In this document: positions 9,180-21,115 of the stretch, piece by piece | Numbering within the stretch: position 1 is the first letter of the stretch | How the letters are laid out: the number at the start of each line of letters is the position of its first letter | Assembly (NCBI GenBank): GCA_036639635.1 | Contig: JAVWIF010000004.1 | Span: forward strand, 8,646-72,645 | Direction of reading: 5' to 3' | DNA: 64,000 nt | DNA from: Longicatena sp. | GTDB taxonomy: Bacteria > Bacillota_I > Bacilli_A > Erysipelotrichales > Erysipelotrichaceae | Translations under genes and position numbers: made by a program | Notes under the pieces: model-generated | Database searches by the model: none | What the model was told of the DNA's origin: nothing | What the model saw: the letters and a program-made list of their open reading frames with translations, nothing else

Positions 9180-9233
9180 ACAGTGCTAAAAGAATATCAT
9201 ATACTATTAGCAGACATAGAGGAAGAGTGCTAG
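9163..9233 (+). promoter_or_regulatory. hrcA-operon sigma-A promoter embedded in two CIRCE operators
   Basis: CIRCE1 at 9163..9189: TTAGCACTA-N..-CAGTGCTAA. -35 TTGACA (9177..9182) lies inside CIRCE1; 17-bp spacer; -10 TATACT (9200..9205). CIRCE2 at 9207..9233: TTAGCAGAC-N9-GAGTGCTAG. Consensus remembered as TTAGCACTC-N9-GAGTGCTAA. Confidence 0.85.
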
Positions 9234-9248
9234 AAGGGAGTGAATAAA

Positions 9249-10276
9249 ATGTTAACAGAACGTCAGTTAGGTATCTTCAAAATGATTGTAGACGAATTTA
9301 CTAGAAGCGCTGAACCAGTTGGTTCTAAGACACTGATGGATTTGTTAGATTTTACTTGTTCTAGCGCTACGATTCGTAATGAAATGGCAGTCCTTGAAGA
9401 GATAGGCTTATTAGAAAAGACCCATACTTCAAGTGGTCGTATTCCTAGTAGTAAAGGATATCGTTTCTATGTTGAACATCTTATGGAACATCAATTAGAC
9501 GATACAGTAAAGAATTCATTACAAGCTGTATTTAAAGAACGACATTATTCAATGGATGAAATCGTTCAAAAAAGTTGTGACATACTTTCTCAAATGACTT
9601 CACTTACATCAGTTGTATTAGGACCAGAAAGTAAATGTCAGACTTTACAACATATTCAACTTTTTCCCATAAGTGAACGAAGTGCAGTTGCTGTATTTAT
9701 TACTGACCATGGACATACAGAAAACAAAACATTTCAGTTTGATACCGAAGTTGGCGTAGAAGATATCAAAACTTGTTGTGCTTTATTAAATGATAAGTTG
9801 TCTGGTATTCCGATTAGTGAAGTAGTTGAAAAAATGAAGGAAATACAACCTTTGTTAGCTTCTCATGTTGCCCGTCATGAAGTATTGTTTGAAGCGTTTG
9901 TGAATGCCTTTATGCGATTTGCGACAGAACATGTGTACTGTAGTGGTCAATCGAATATGTTATATCAACCTGAATTTGCTGATATTGAAAAATTAAAGGA
10001 AATTATGAAAATGCTTGAAGATAGTTCCTTATTTAGACAACTTGCAAATCATGAAGGTGATGTTGCTATTGAAATTGGTGGCGATAATGAATTGCTTACA
10101 ATGAACGATGTTTCTGTCGTTAGTAGCAAGTTCAAAATCAATGAATTTGAAGAAGGCGAGCTCATGATTGTGGGTCCTACAAGAATGCAATACAGTCGTA
10201 TTGTTTCCTTGATGGAATATATGAGTAAAGTAATTGAAGATATGTATAAAAGCGAAAGAACCGATAGGAGGTCAAC

Positions 10277-10280
<4 letters not shown>
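9249..10280 (+). CDS. hrcA: Heat-inducible transcription repressor HrcA
   Basis: MLTERQL..PVGSKTL N-terminal wHTH as in B. subtilis HrcA; first gene of the hrcA-grpE-dnaK-dnaJ order. ATG 9249 with AGAAGGGAG 9 nt upstream, preferred over GTG 9240. Confidence 0.92.
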
Positions 10281-12732
<2,452 letters not shown>

Positions 12733-12752
12733 AACGAACGTATACTACAATC

Positions 12753-12774
12753 CCTAGTGCTTGCGCTAGGTTTT
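12753..12774 (+). terminator. Small intercistronic hairpin plus U4 between dnaK and dnaJ (partial terminator/attenuator)
   Basis: CCTAGTG-cttg-CGCTAGG 7-bp stem (one G-U pair) followed by TTTT. Confidence 0.4.
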
Positions 12775-12811
12775 GTATGTTGTAAATGAGGACTATGAGG
12801 AAGGTGATTGA

Positions 12812-13924
12812 ATGGAAAAGCGTGATTATTATGAAGTCTTGGGACTAAAAAAAGGTGCCAGTGATGATGAAATAAAAAAAGCCTATCGAAAAATGGCAAA
12901 AAAATATCATCCAGATATTAACAAAGATAAAGATGCTGAAATGAAATTCAAAGAAATCAATGAAGCAAATGAAGTCTTAAGCGACCCTCAAAAGAAAGCA
13001 ACCTATGACCAATTTGGACATGCTGGTATGGATGGATCATCTTTTGGTGGAGGCGGTCAAGGTTTTGGTAACTTTGATGACTTAGGGGATATTTTTGGAT
13101 CATTCTTCGGTGGAGGTTTTGGTGGAGGACAACAACGTCGTCAACAAAGCAATGGACCACGTAAAGGCAATGATCGCTTTATGCAAATGCGAATTGAATT
13201 CATGGATGCAGTTTTTGGTAAGACAGAAACAGTGAGTGTGGAAGTGGATGAGACTTGTGATGAGTGTTTAGGTAGTGGAGCTAAAAGTAAATCTGATATT
13301 AAATCCTGTTCAAAATGTAATGGTACAGGATCTGTAACGACACAACAAAGAACACCTTTTGGTGTTTTCCAATCACAAGGTGTTTGTCCTGATTGTCATG
13401 GAACAGGAAAGACAATTGCTAATAAATGTCCTAAATGTCATGGAAAAGGTTATGAACATAAACGTGTGAAACTAGATATAAAAATACCTGCAGGTATTCA
13501 ATCAGGTCAACAAGTTCGTGTAAGTAACAAAGGAGAGCGTGGAGCAAATGGTGGACCAAATGGAGACTTATATATTGAAATCATCGTAAGTCGTCATAAA
13601 CAATTTGTTCGTGATGGTAATGATATCCGTATTTCTATTCCATTAAGTGCAGTTGATGCGGTGTTAGGTTGTAAACTAGATGTTCCAACTGTTTATGGAG
13701 ATGTTGAATTATCAATTCCTACAGGAACACAACATGGACAACAATTCCGTTTAAAAGGAAAAGGTGTCAAATCTCCAAAAGGTGGACAAGGTGATCAATA
13801 CGTTCAAGTAACAATTGAAATCCCTACAAAGCTAACCAAAGAAGATCGTGAATTATATGAAAAAATAAAGAAAAACCAAGGGCATGAATCTGCTTTTGAA
13901 AAGTTCAAAAAAGCCTTTAAATAA
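12812..13924 (+). CDS. dnaJ: Co-chaperone DnaJ (type I Hsp40)
   Basis: J domain with KYHPD, G/F region, four CxxCxGxG zinc-finger repeats ([32 protein letters not shown]). Confidence 0.97.
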   Translation: MEKRDYYEVLGLKKGASDDEIKKAYRKMAKKYHPDINKDKDAEMKFKEINEANEVLSDPQKKATYDQFGHAGMDGSSFGGGGQGFGNFDDLGDIFGSFFGGGFGGGQQRRQQSNGPRKGNDRFMQMRIEFMDAVFGKTETVSVEVDETCDECLGSGAKSKSDIKSCSKCNGTGSVTTQQRTPFGVFQSQGVCPDCHGTGKTIANKCPKCHGKGYEHKRVKLDIKIPAGIQSGQQVRVSNKGERGANGGPNGDLYIEIIVSRHKQFVRDGNDIRISIPLSAVDAVLGCKLDVPTVYGDVELSIPTGTQHGQQFRLKGKGVKSPKGGQGDQYVQVTIEIPTKLTKEDRELYEKIKKNQGHESAFEKFKKAFK

Positions 13925-13956
13925 CTAAGATATATATCCGTATCTTAGTTTTTTTT
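13925..13956 (+). terminator. dnaK-operon terminator
   Basis: CTAAGATA-tatatccg-TATCTTAG followed by T8. Confidence 0.85.
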
Positions 13957-14054
13957 AACAAATGTAATAAACTTTCATGAAAATAAATATATAATTACAG
14001 AAAATATATTGACATGTTTCATAAATGAGCGTATTCTATAACTAATACAAAAGC

Positions 14055-14318
14055 AATGATCAGGACTAGTAATAGAACTTCTTAGTATAGAGAACTGTCA
14101 CTTTGGTGAAAGACAGGATAAGAGACTATGACAACTCACCTGGGAGCTATAACTTGAAATACCTTTGGGTAGAGTAAACGTTATCGGTCAACTCACACGT
14201 TATCGTGAGAACATAGGCAAACAATAGCTATGTAAGTGGATAGTATGATACTATCAATAAGAGTGGTACCGCGATGAAGTTAGTAACTTCCGTCTTTTAA
14301 ATAGATGGGAGTTTTTTG
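14055..14318 (+). promoter_or_regulatory. T-box riboswitch leader (leucine, candidate CUC specifier) controlling leuACDB
   Basis: Stem I elements: AGTA, AGAGA (14089..14093), distal GGTGAAAG. CTC-A at 14135..14138 sits immediately 5' of the helix closing the specifier loop (CAGG/CCTG). T-box sequence AATAAGAGTGGTACCGCG at 14256..14273. Terminator ACTTCCGTC..GATGGGAGT plus T6 at 14285..14318. Promoter TTGACA 14009..14014, 17-bp spacer, TATTCT 14032..14037. Confidence 0.85.
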
Positions 14319-14337
14319 TTTATAAGGAGGATGTATT

Positions 14338-16017
14338 ATGAAGGGTTATGAAAAGTATAAACGACAGTATTTCTTACCACCAGAAACATGTATGGATTGG
14401 GCAAAAAAGGAATATATTCAGAAAGCACCTAGTTGGTGTAGTGTTGATTTACGTGATGGAAATCAATCATTAATTATTCCTATGAGTCTAGATGAAAAAG
14501 TGGAGTTTTTTAAGCTATTAGTAGAGATAGGATTTAAAGAAATAGAAATAGGATTTCCAGCAGCTTCTCAAACTGAATATGATTTCTTACGTAAACTAAT
14601 AGACGAAGATATGATTCCTGATGATGTTACTATTCAAGTATTGACACAAGCACGTGAACATATTATTAGAAAAACATTTGAAGCAGTCAAAGGAGTTAAA
14701 CAAGCAGTGATTCATGTTTATAATTCAACCTCTCTAGCACAACGCGAACAAGTCTTTAAAAAGTCAAAAGAAGAAGTCTTGAAAATTGCAGTAGAAGGTG
14801 CGCAATTATTAAAAAAATTAACATTAGAAGACGGTGGAAATTATCGCTTTGAATATTCACCAGAAAGTTTCACTGGAACAGAAATGGAATATGCATTAGA
14901 AGTATGTAATGCTGTATTAGATGTTTGGCGCCCAACAAGTGAAAATAAAGTAATTATTAATCTTCCAGTAACAGTGCAAATGTCGATGCCTCATGTATAT
15001 GCTCAACAAATTGAGTATATGTGTAAGCATATGAACTATCGTGAAAATGTAATCGTTTCTTTGCATCCACATAATGATCGAGGATGTGGAGTAGCTGATA
15101 GTGAACTAGGAATTCTAGCTGGTGCGGACCGTATTGAAGGGACGTTATTTGGCAATGGAGAACGTACTGGAAACGTTGATATTATTACATTAGCATTAAA
15201 TATGTATGCCATGGGAATTGATCCTAATTTAGATTTTACGAATATGCCACACATTGTAGAAGTATATGAAAATGTTACTCGTATGCGCGTGGGAATGCGT
15301 CAACCATATGCAGGACAATTGGTATTTGCGGCATTTTCAGGATCGCATCAAGATGCCATTGCAAAAGGTATGCATTATCGTGATGATAAAGATCCAAATC
15401 ATTGGACAGTACCATATTTACCAATTGACCCAAGAGACGTAGGACGTGTTTATGAAAGCGATGTTATTCGTATTAATTCACAATCAGGTAAAGGTGGTAT
15501 TGGTTACATGTTATCGGAATACTACGGTTATGAAATACCTACCAATATGCGTGAGGATGTTGGCTATTATATGAAAGATGTATCCGATAATGAACATAAG
15601 GAATTGTTACCAAATGAAGTACATGATTTATTCCAAAAGGAATATATGAACGTAAATACACATTATGAATTACAAGATTTCCATTTTACAAAAGGGGATA
15701 AAGCGGTTATGTGTACCTTAACATTGCGCTTTGAAGGAGCCGTTCATACTATTAGTGGAAAAGGAAATGGACGTTTAGATGCAGTTAGTAATACGTTGCG
15801 TGATAATACATCATTATCTTTTGAAATCTTAGATTATAGTGAACATGCATTAAGTAAAGGGTCTACATCAAAGGCTGTATCCTATGTTGAAATAAAAGAT
15901 TGTCGAGCAAAAAAACAATGGGGTGTTGGTTTAGATGAGGATATTATTACATCTAGTGTAAAAGCTTTATTTGCAAGTATTAATCGAGCGCTACAACAGA
16001 AAATAGAAAATAAATAG
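14338..16017 (+). CDS. leuA: 2-isopropylmalate synthase (long, about 560-aa LeuA form)
   Basis: [15 protein letters not shown] and GERTGN motifs. C-terminal regulatory domain. Leu T-box upstream and leuCDB downstream. Confidence 0.93.
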   Translation: MKGYEKYKRQYFLPPETCMDWAKKEYIQKAPSWCSVDLRDGNQSLIIPMSLDEKVEFFKLLVEIGFKEIEIGFPAASQTEYDFLRKLIDEDMIPDDVTIQVLTQAREHIIRKTFEAVKGVKQAVIHVYNSTSLAQREQVFKKSKEEVLKIAVEGAQLLKKLTLEDGGNYRFEYSPESFTGTEMEYALEVCNAVLDVWRPTSENKVIINLPVTVQMSMPHVYAQQIEYMCKHMNYRENVIVSLHPHNDRGCGVADSELGILAGADRIEGTLFGNGERTGNVDIITLALNMYAMGIDPNLDFTNMPHIVEVYENVTRMRVGMRQPYAGQLVFAAFSGSHQDAIAKGMHYRDDKDPNHWTVPYLPIDPRDVGRVYESDVIRINSQSGKGGIGYMLSEYYGYEIPTNMREDVGYYMKDVSDNEHKELLPNEVHDLFQKEYMNVNTHYELQDFHFTKGDKAVMCTLTLRFEGAVHTISGKGNGRLDAVSNTLRDNTSLSFEILDYSEHALSKGSTSKAVSYVEIKDCRAKKQWGVGLDEDIITSSVKALFASINRALQQKIENK

Positions 16018-16031
16018 GAGGAAATGCCATT

Positions 16032-17291
16032 ATGGGAATGACGATGACACAAAAGATATTAGCACAACATGCACGATTAGAAAAAGTTGAAGCAGGACAA
16101 TTAATAGAAGTGGATGTGGATATGATATTAGGAAATGATATAACAACACCGGTTGCTATTAAAGAATTTGAAAAACATGGATTTAACCAAGTATTCAATC
16201 CAGGGAAAGTAACCATGGTAATGGATCACTTTGCTCCTAATAAAGATATTAAGGCAGCGCAACAATGTCTTGCATGTCGAACATTTGCTTATGATAAACA
16301 TATCGAAAATTTTTATGATGTTGGTGAAATGGGAATTGAACATGCCTTATTACCTGAAAAAGGAATTGTAGGACCAGGAGAATGTATTATTGGTGCAGAT
16401 TCTCATACGTGTACGTATGGAGCATTAAATGCATTTTCTACAGGAGTTGGAAGTAGTGATATGGCAGCTGGTATGGCAATAGGGAAATGTTGGTTTAAAA
16501 TACCTGAAGCAATTAAGTTTGATATCATTGGAGAACTAGCACCAAACATTAGTGGAAAAGACGTTATTCTTCATATTATTGGAATGATTGGAGTCGATGG
16601 CGCCTTATATAAATCAATGGAATTTAGTGGAACAGGATTAAAAAACTTAACGATTGATGATCGTTTATGTATGGCGAATATGGCAATTGAAGCAGGGGCT
16701 AAAAATGGAATCTTTGCTTTTGATGAAGTAACGAAAGCTTACGTTGAAACAAGAGTACATCGTCCCTTTCAAACATATGATGCTGATGAAGATGCACCAT
16801 ATGAAAAGATAATACAAATAGATTTAGCAAAGATTACACATACTATCGCTTTTCCACATCTACCCGAAAACACGAAAACAATTGATGAAATAAAAGAACC
16901 TATTAAAATTGACCAAGTAGTCATAGGTTCTTGTACAAATGGTCGTTTATCAGATATGGCTGTTGCTGCAACAATTCTAAAAGGAAAGCATGTAGCCAAA
17001 GGAGTACGAACGATAATTATTCCAGCTACGCAAAGCATCTATAAAGAAGCGATGAAACGTGGATACCTTGAAATATTTATTGATGCAGGTTGTGTTGTAT
17101 CAACGCCTACATGTGGTCCTTGTTTAGGTGGGTATATGGGCATTTTAGCCGAAGGTGAGCGCTGTATTGCCACAACCAACCGTAATTTTGTTGGACGTAT
17201 GGGGCATGTTGATTCAGAAGTGTATTTAGCAAGTCCACAAGTAGCTGCAGCAAGTGCCATCGCAGGTTACATCGCTGCGCCCAAAAAGTAG
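16032..17291 (+). CDS. leuC: 3-isopropylmalate dehydratase large subunit
   Basis: Aconitase-family motifs GADSHT, GSCTNGR and CGPCLG. 419 aa. Confidence 0.92.
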   Translation: MGMTMTQKILAQHARLEKVEAGQLIEVDVDMILGNDITTPVAIKEFEKHGFNQVFNPGKVTMVMDHFAPNKDIKAAQQCLACRTFAYDKHIENFYDVGEMGIEHALLPEKGIVGPGECIIGADSHTCTYGALNAFSTGVGSSDMAAGMAIGKCWFKIPEAIKFDIIGELAPNISGKDVILHIIGMIGVDGALYKSMEFSGTGLKNLTIDDRLCMANMAIEAGAKNGIFAFDEVTKAYVETRVHRPFQTYDADEDAPYEKIIQIDLAKITHTIAFPHLPENTKTIDEIKEPIKIDQVVIGSCTNGRLSDMAVAATILKGKHVAKGVRTIIIPATQSIYKEAMKRGYLEIFIDAGCVVSTPTCGPCLGGYMGILAEGERCIATTNRNFVGRMGHVDSEVYLASPQVAAASAIAGYIAAPKK

Positions 17292-17303
17292 GAGATAAAG
17301 AAT

Positions 17304-17798
17304 ATGAAAACAAAAGGAAATGCTCATAAATACGGAGATAACGTCGATACAGATGTAATCATTCCAGCACGTTATTTAAATACAAGTGACCCCAAAGAAT
17401 TGGCTCAAAAATGTATGTGTGATTTAGATAGTGCGTTTATTCACCAGGTAAAAAATAATGATATTATGGTTGCTGGGTTTAATTTTGGTTGTGGTTCTTC
17501 AAGAGAACATGCACCAATTGCCATTAAAGCAAGTGGAATATCTTGTGTTATCGCAAAATCGTTTGCACGAATATTTTATCGTAATGCAATAAATATAGGC
17601 TTGCCTATTCTTGAATGTGTTGAGGCAAGTGAGCGTATTGCGGCCCATGATGAAATAGAAATTAATTTTGATACAGGTGTTATTATAAATCATACAAAAA
17701 AGGAAACATATCAAGCAATGCCATTCCCTGATTTTATTCAAAACATTATGAAGAATGATGGTTTATTAAATGCCATACGTAAAGGAGCAATTAAATAA
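17304..17798 (+). CDS. leuD: 3-isopropylmalate dehydratase small subunit
   Basis: GCGSSREHA motif, 164 aa, follows leuC. Confidence 0.92.
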   Translation: MKTKGNAHKYGDNVDTDVIIPARYLNTSDPKELAQKCMCDLDSAFIHQVKNNDIMVAGFNFGCGSSREHAPIAIKASGISCVIAKSFARIFYRNAINIGLPILECVEASERIAAHDEIEINFDTGVIINHTKKETYQAMPFPDFIQNIMKNDGLLNAIRKGAIK

Positions 17799-18877
17799 TG
17801 AAAAAAAATATTGCAGTTATTAGAGGGGATGGAATAGGACCTGAAATCATACAAGAAGCCTTAAAAGTTCTAGATTGCATTGCTGAAAAATATCATCATG
17901 AGTTTATTTATACGGATGTTATCGCAGGAGGATGTGCAATTGATGCATATGGAACCAGTCTACCTGAAAAGAGTGTTAACGATTGTTTAGCTAGTGATAG
18001 TGTATTATTAGGCGCTGTAGGTGGACCTAAGTGGGATCATGTAGATCCTAGCATTCGTCCTGAAAAAGCCTTATTAGGGATACGGAAAGCAATGGGATTA
18101 TATGCCAATTTACGTCCCGCTAAAATATTTCCACAATTAGCACAAGCATCACCATTACGAAGTGATATAGTAGAAAAAGGAATCGACTTAATGGTTGTAC
18201 GTGAATTAATTGGCGGAGTATATTTTGGTGATAAGATAACCAAAGAAGTTGATGGCGAGCTATATGCCAGTGATAACATGTGTTATTATGAACATGAAAT
18301 ACGAAGGATTGCTCATATAGCATTTCAAACGGCTAGAAAACGTAATTCGAATGTAATTTCAGTAGATAAAGCAAATGTTTTAGATACTTCACGCTTGTGG
18401 AGAAAAGTAGTCAGCGAAGTAAGCCTTGCCTATAGTGATGTGGTTTATAGTGATATGCTTGTTGATAATGCAGCGATGCAGTTAGTAAAAAATCCTGCAC
18501 AATTTGATGTTATAGTAACTGAAAACATGTTTGGAGATATCCTAAGTGATGAAGCTAGTATGATTACTGGTTCTATTGGTTTGATACCAAGCGCTTCTTT
18601 AGGAGAAACTACAAGAGGGATGTATGAACCAATTCATGGTTCAGCGCCAGATATTGCCAATCAAAACATTGCCAATCCAATAGGTACTATCTTAGCTGCT
18701 GGAATGATGTTGAAATATGCGTTTGATATGGAAGAAGAAAATGTAGCTATTGAAAAAAGCGTTGAGTTGGCTTTAACAAAGCGATATCGTACGAAAGATA
18801 TTATTGAAAAAGATAGTAAAGAGGTATCTTGTAGTGAGATGGGTGACATTATTGTGGATATAATAAAAAGTCTGTAA
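17798..18877 (+). CDS. leuB: 3-isopropylmalate dehydrogenase
   Basis: IAVIRGDGIGPEI, NMFGDILSDEAS and GSAPDIA motifs. ATGA-type overlap with the leuD stop. Confidence 0.93.
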   Translation: MKKNIAVIRGDGIGPEIIQEALKVLDCIAEKYHHEFIYTDVIAGGCAIDAYGTSLPEKSVNDCLASDSVLLGAVGGPKWDHVDPSIRPEKALLGIRKAMGLYANLRPAKIFPQLAQASPLRSDIVEKGIDLMVVRELIGGVYFGDKITKEVDGELYASDNMCYYEHEIRRIAHIAFQTARKRNSNVISVDKANVLDTSRLWRKVVSEVSLAYSDVVYSDMLVDNAAMQLVKNPAQFDVIVTENMFGDILSDEASMITGSIGLIPSASLGETTRGMYEPIHGSAPDIANQNIANPIGTILAAGMMLKYAFDMEEENVAIEKSVELALTKRYRTKDIIEKDSKEVSCSEMGDIIVDIIKSL

Positions 18878-18881
18878 GTAA

Positions 18882-20240
18882 TTACAGGCTTTTCTTAAAT
18901 TTTATTTGAATAGTTTTTAAGAGGTAATCTTTGGCATTCACACTTGGATCATGTAAAACTAAATCTAAGGCATAAGTTAAGGCATCACCAATTTCTTTAC
19001 CTTTTAAACCAATTGCTTGTATATCTAATCCATTAATAGCAAGGTCTTTTAAAGTAAATAAGTCATGTTCTTTTTCCATTTCTATCATCATCTGTTTACA
19101 TCTGATAATGGTATCTATTTTCTCTTGTGACTTTTCCATGTTTTTAGCATAGTCATCTGCTATTTGAATATCTAAGGCTTGAAAAGCAAAATCAATGTTA
19201 TTGTCAAACTTTGTTAAAAATTTACGTAACATACTTTTGTTTTCTTGTAGATAATAATCATGATATAAAATGAGTGTACATACTTTTTCGATAGTATGAT
19301 TATCAAACTTTAAGTCCTTTAAATAAGTCCTTGCTAAAGAGGTAGAAATAAGTGCATGTTTCTTATAATGAGCAATCCCTTGTTCATCAAAACTTTCTAC
19401 TTCTATTTTTCCAATATCATGAAAGATAATGGCTAACTTACTTTCTAAAGGATAGCTATACGTATGGTTTAAAGCAATATCTGTATGTGTAAAGATATCG
19501 TATTTATGCCAAGGCGTTTTCTGTTCCCACCCATATATTTTTTCATAACCAGGTAAGATATAGGAAAGCGTATGCGTTGCATGTAAACGCTCTAAAGTGT
19601 TTTCTCGCTCACCCATTAATAACTTGCTAAATTCATCACGAATACGCTCTTTTGAAATATAAGCTAGTAAGTGTGCATTGTTCATAATGGCTTGTTGACA
19701 CGCTTGTGTTAAGCTAAAGTTTAAAACAGCTTCAAAACGTAAGGCACGCAGTATTCTTAATGCATCTTCTTGCATACGTTTATTTGCATCACCAACACAA
19801 CGTATAACGTGTTCTTTGATGTCTTGTACCCCATTAAAAGGATCTAGTAAACCTTCCTCTGGATGATAAGCAATTGCATTCATCGTAAAATCACGACGTT
19901 TTAAATCTTCGATTAAACTACGACTAAAAGCAACTTCTTTAGGACGGCGATGGTTTATATAATCTGAATCAATACGATAGGTTGTAACTTCGATTGCTTC
20001 ATGATGACGTAATAAGGTTATTGTTCCATGCTGCAAGCCAGTAGGGATTACTTTACAGTTTTCTTTTGAAAAGATATCGATAACTTCTTCAGGTAAAGCA
20101 CTTGTCGTAATATCAATGTCATGTGGAATACGTTTCATGAGCATATCACGAACGCAACCACCAACTAAAAAGGCCTCTTTATGGTGTTGCTTTAAAATTG
20201 ATAAAATCCAGATACTATTTTCCGATAAAATAAACGGCAT
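18882..20240 (-). CDS. cca: CCA-adding tRNA nucleotidyltransferase with C-terminal HD domain
   Basis: GGCVRD, DIDI and RDFTMNA head-domain motifs; HDIGK HD motif. 452 aa. Confidence 0.85.
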   Translation of the reverse strand: MPFILSENSIWILSILKQHHKEAFLVGGCVRDMLMKRIPHDIDITTSALPEEVIDIFSKENCKVIPTGLQHGTITLLRHHEAIEVTTYRIDSDYINHRRPKEVAFSRSLIEDLKRRDFTMNAIAYHPEEGLLDPFNGVQDIKEHVIRCVGDANKRMQEDALRILRALRFEAVLNFSLTQACQQAIMNNAHLLAYISKERIRDEFSKLLMGERENTLERLHATHTLSYILPGYEKIYGWEQKTPWHKYDIFTHTDIALNHTYSYPLESKLAIIFHDIGKIEVESFDEQGIAHYKKHALISTSLARTYLKDLKFDNHTIEKVCTLILYHDYYLQENKSMLRKFLTKFDNNIDFAFQALDIQIADDYAKNMEKSQEKIDTIIRCKQMMIEMEKEHDLFTLKDLAINGLDIQAIGLKGKEIGDALTYALDLVLHDPSVNAKDYLLKTIQIKFKKSL

Positions 20241-20353
20241 AACACCACTTCCTCATGGGTTTATTATACACAAGATAGTAACCATATGTAAACTATTCAT
20301 TTTTGAAATGAAGTATGATATGATAGGCAGGTAAACGAAAAGAGGGAATAGAT

Positions 20354-20986
20354 ATGAAAGGTGTTATATTTGATATGGATGGCGTATTAATAGATAGTGA
20401 ACCAGCTAATTTGAAACAGTTAAATGATTTTTATCAAGAACATGGTGTATGCGCAAGTGAAGATTTTTTGGCTTCTTTAATTGGAAGTAGTATTCAATAT
20501 ACAGCAATTGAAAGCACAAAACTTTTAGGGAAAGATTGGTCTGTTGATGAGTTTAATATGCACTTTGATGCCTATGTAGAAGAACACCCTATACGTTATT
20601 ACGAAATATTAAATGAAGGGGTACGAGATATATTAATATATTTACGTGCGCATAACGTTAAAACAGCGATAGCTAGTAGCTCACAGCTTTATAATATCAA
20701 ACGCATGTTAAAAGAATGTCAGTTGAGTGAACATTTTGATGTTATTTTAAGTGGTGAAATGTTTAAGGAAAGTAAACCAAATCCAGAAATATATTGTTGT
20801 GCAGCTAGTAAACTAGGATTGGATTCTAAAGAATGCATGGCAATTGAAGATAGTGAATTTGGAATTGAAGCTGCGTTGCGTGCTGGAATGTTAACAATCG
20901 CTTATGAAGATTTACGTTATGGTGTAAATCAAAATGAAGCACATCATTCCATTCAACATATGAATGAAATCAAACAATATTTATAA
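20354..20986 (+). CDS. HAD-IA family hydrolase (beta-phosphoglucomutase/phosphatase-like)
   Basis: DMDGVLIDSE motif I, ..ASSS.. motif II, KPNPEIY, EDSEFGIEA motif IV. Confidence 0.8.
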   Translation: MKGVIFDMDGVLIDSEPANLKQLNDFYQEHGVCASEDFLASLIGSSIQYTAIESTKLLGKDWSVDEFNMHFDAYVEEHPIRYYEILNEGVRDILIYLRAHNVKTAIASSSQLYNIKRMLKECQLSEHFDVILSGEMFKESKPNPEIYCCAASKLGLDSKECMAIEDSEFGIEAALRAGMLTIAYEDLRYGVNQNEAHHSIQHMNEIKQYL

Positions 20987-21028
20987 AACATGAGAGGCGA
21001 ATGCTTCTTTTTTTAAAAGTTAAAAAAA

Positions 21029-21101
21029 TTAGCACTCATCTATTGACAGTGCTAAACAATGTGCTATAATACAATTAGCAATCATAGACAGAGAGTGCTA
21101 A
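21029..21101 (+). promoter_or_regulatory. clpB sigma-A promoter embedded in two CIRCE operators
   Basis: CIRCE1 at 21029..21055: TTAGCACTC-N9-CAGTGCTAA, with -35 TTGACA (21043..21048) inside it. -10 TATAAT at 21065..21070. CIRCE2 at 21075..21101: TTAGCAATC-N9-GAGTGCTAA. SD AAAGGAG follows directly. Confidence 0.85.
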
Positions 21102-21115
21102 AAGGAGTGATAACA

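Noticed and set aside
15036-18849. A series of 60-90-aa minus-strand ORFs inside leuA, leuC, leuD and leuB.
   Set aside because: They are shadow ORFs of strongly supported plus-strand genes, and none has an SD or a recognisable motif. The same reasoning applies to track ORFs 2132..2332, 2906..3094, 3200..3412, 4228..4497, 5353..5721, 6956..7144, 21679..21936, 29961..30146, 32168..32404, 33436..33645, 36720..36911, 39210..39437, 39712..39936, 41570..41764, 42417..42629, 45853..46038, 46089..46643, 47491..47757, 48681..48869, 49332..49523, 55913..56113, 56680..56901 and 60158..60355.
21059-21115. N-terminal 19-codon extension of clpB in the ORF track.
   Set aside because: It would start just upstream of the -10 box and run through it and the second CIRCE. 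ATG 21116 has a canonical AAAGGAG SD and gives the usual ClpB N-terminus. For similar reasons I trimmed the track starts at 634, 2866, 5279, 9240, 24699, 27588, 28915, 31552, 33900, 35791, 36032, 38401, 38996, 43270, 44126, 54240, 60941, 61638 and 61970.
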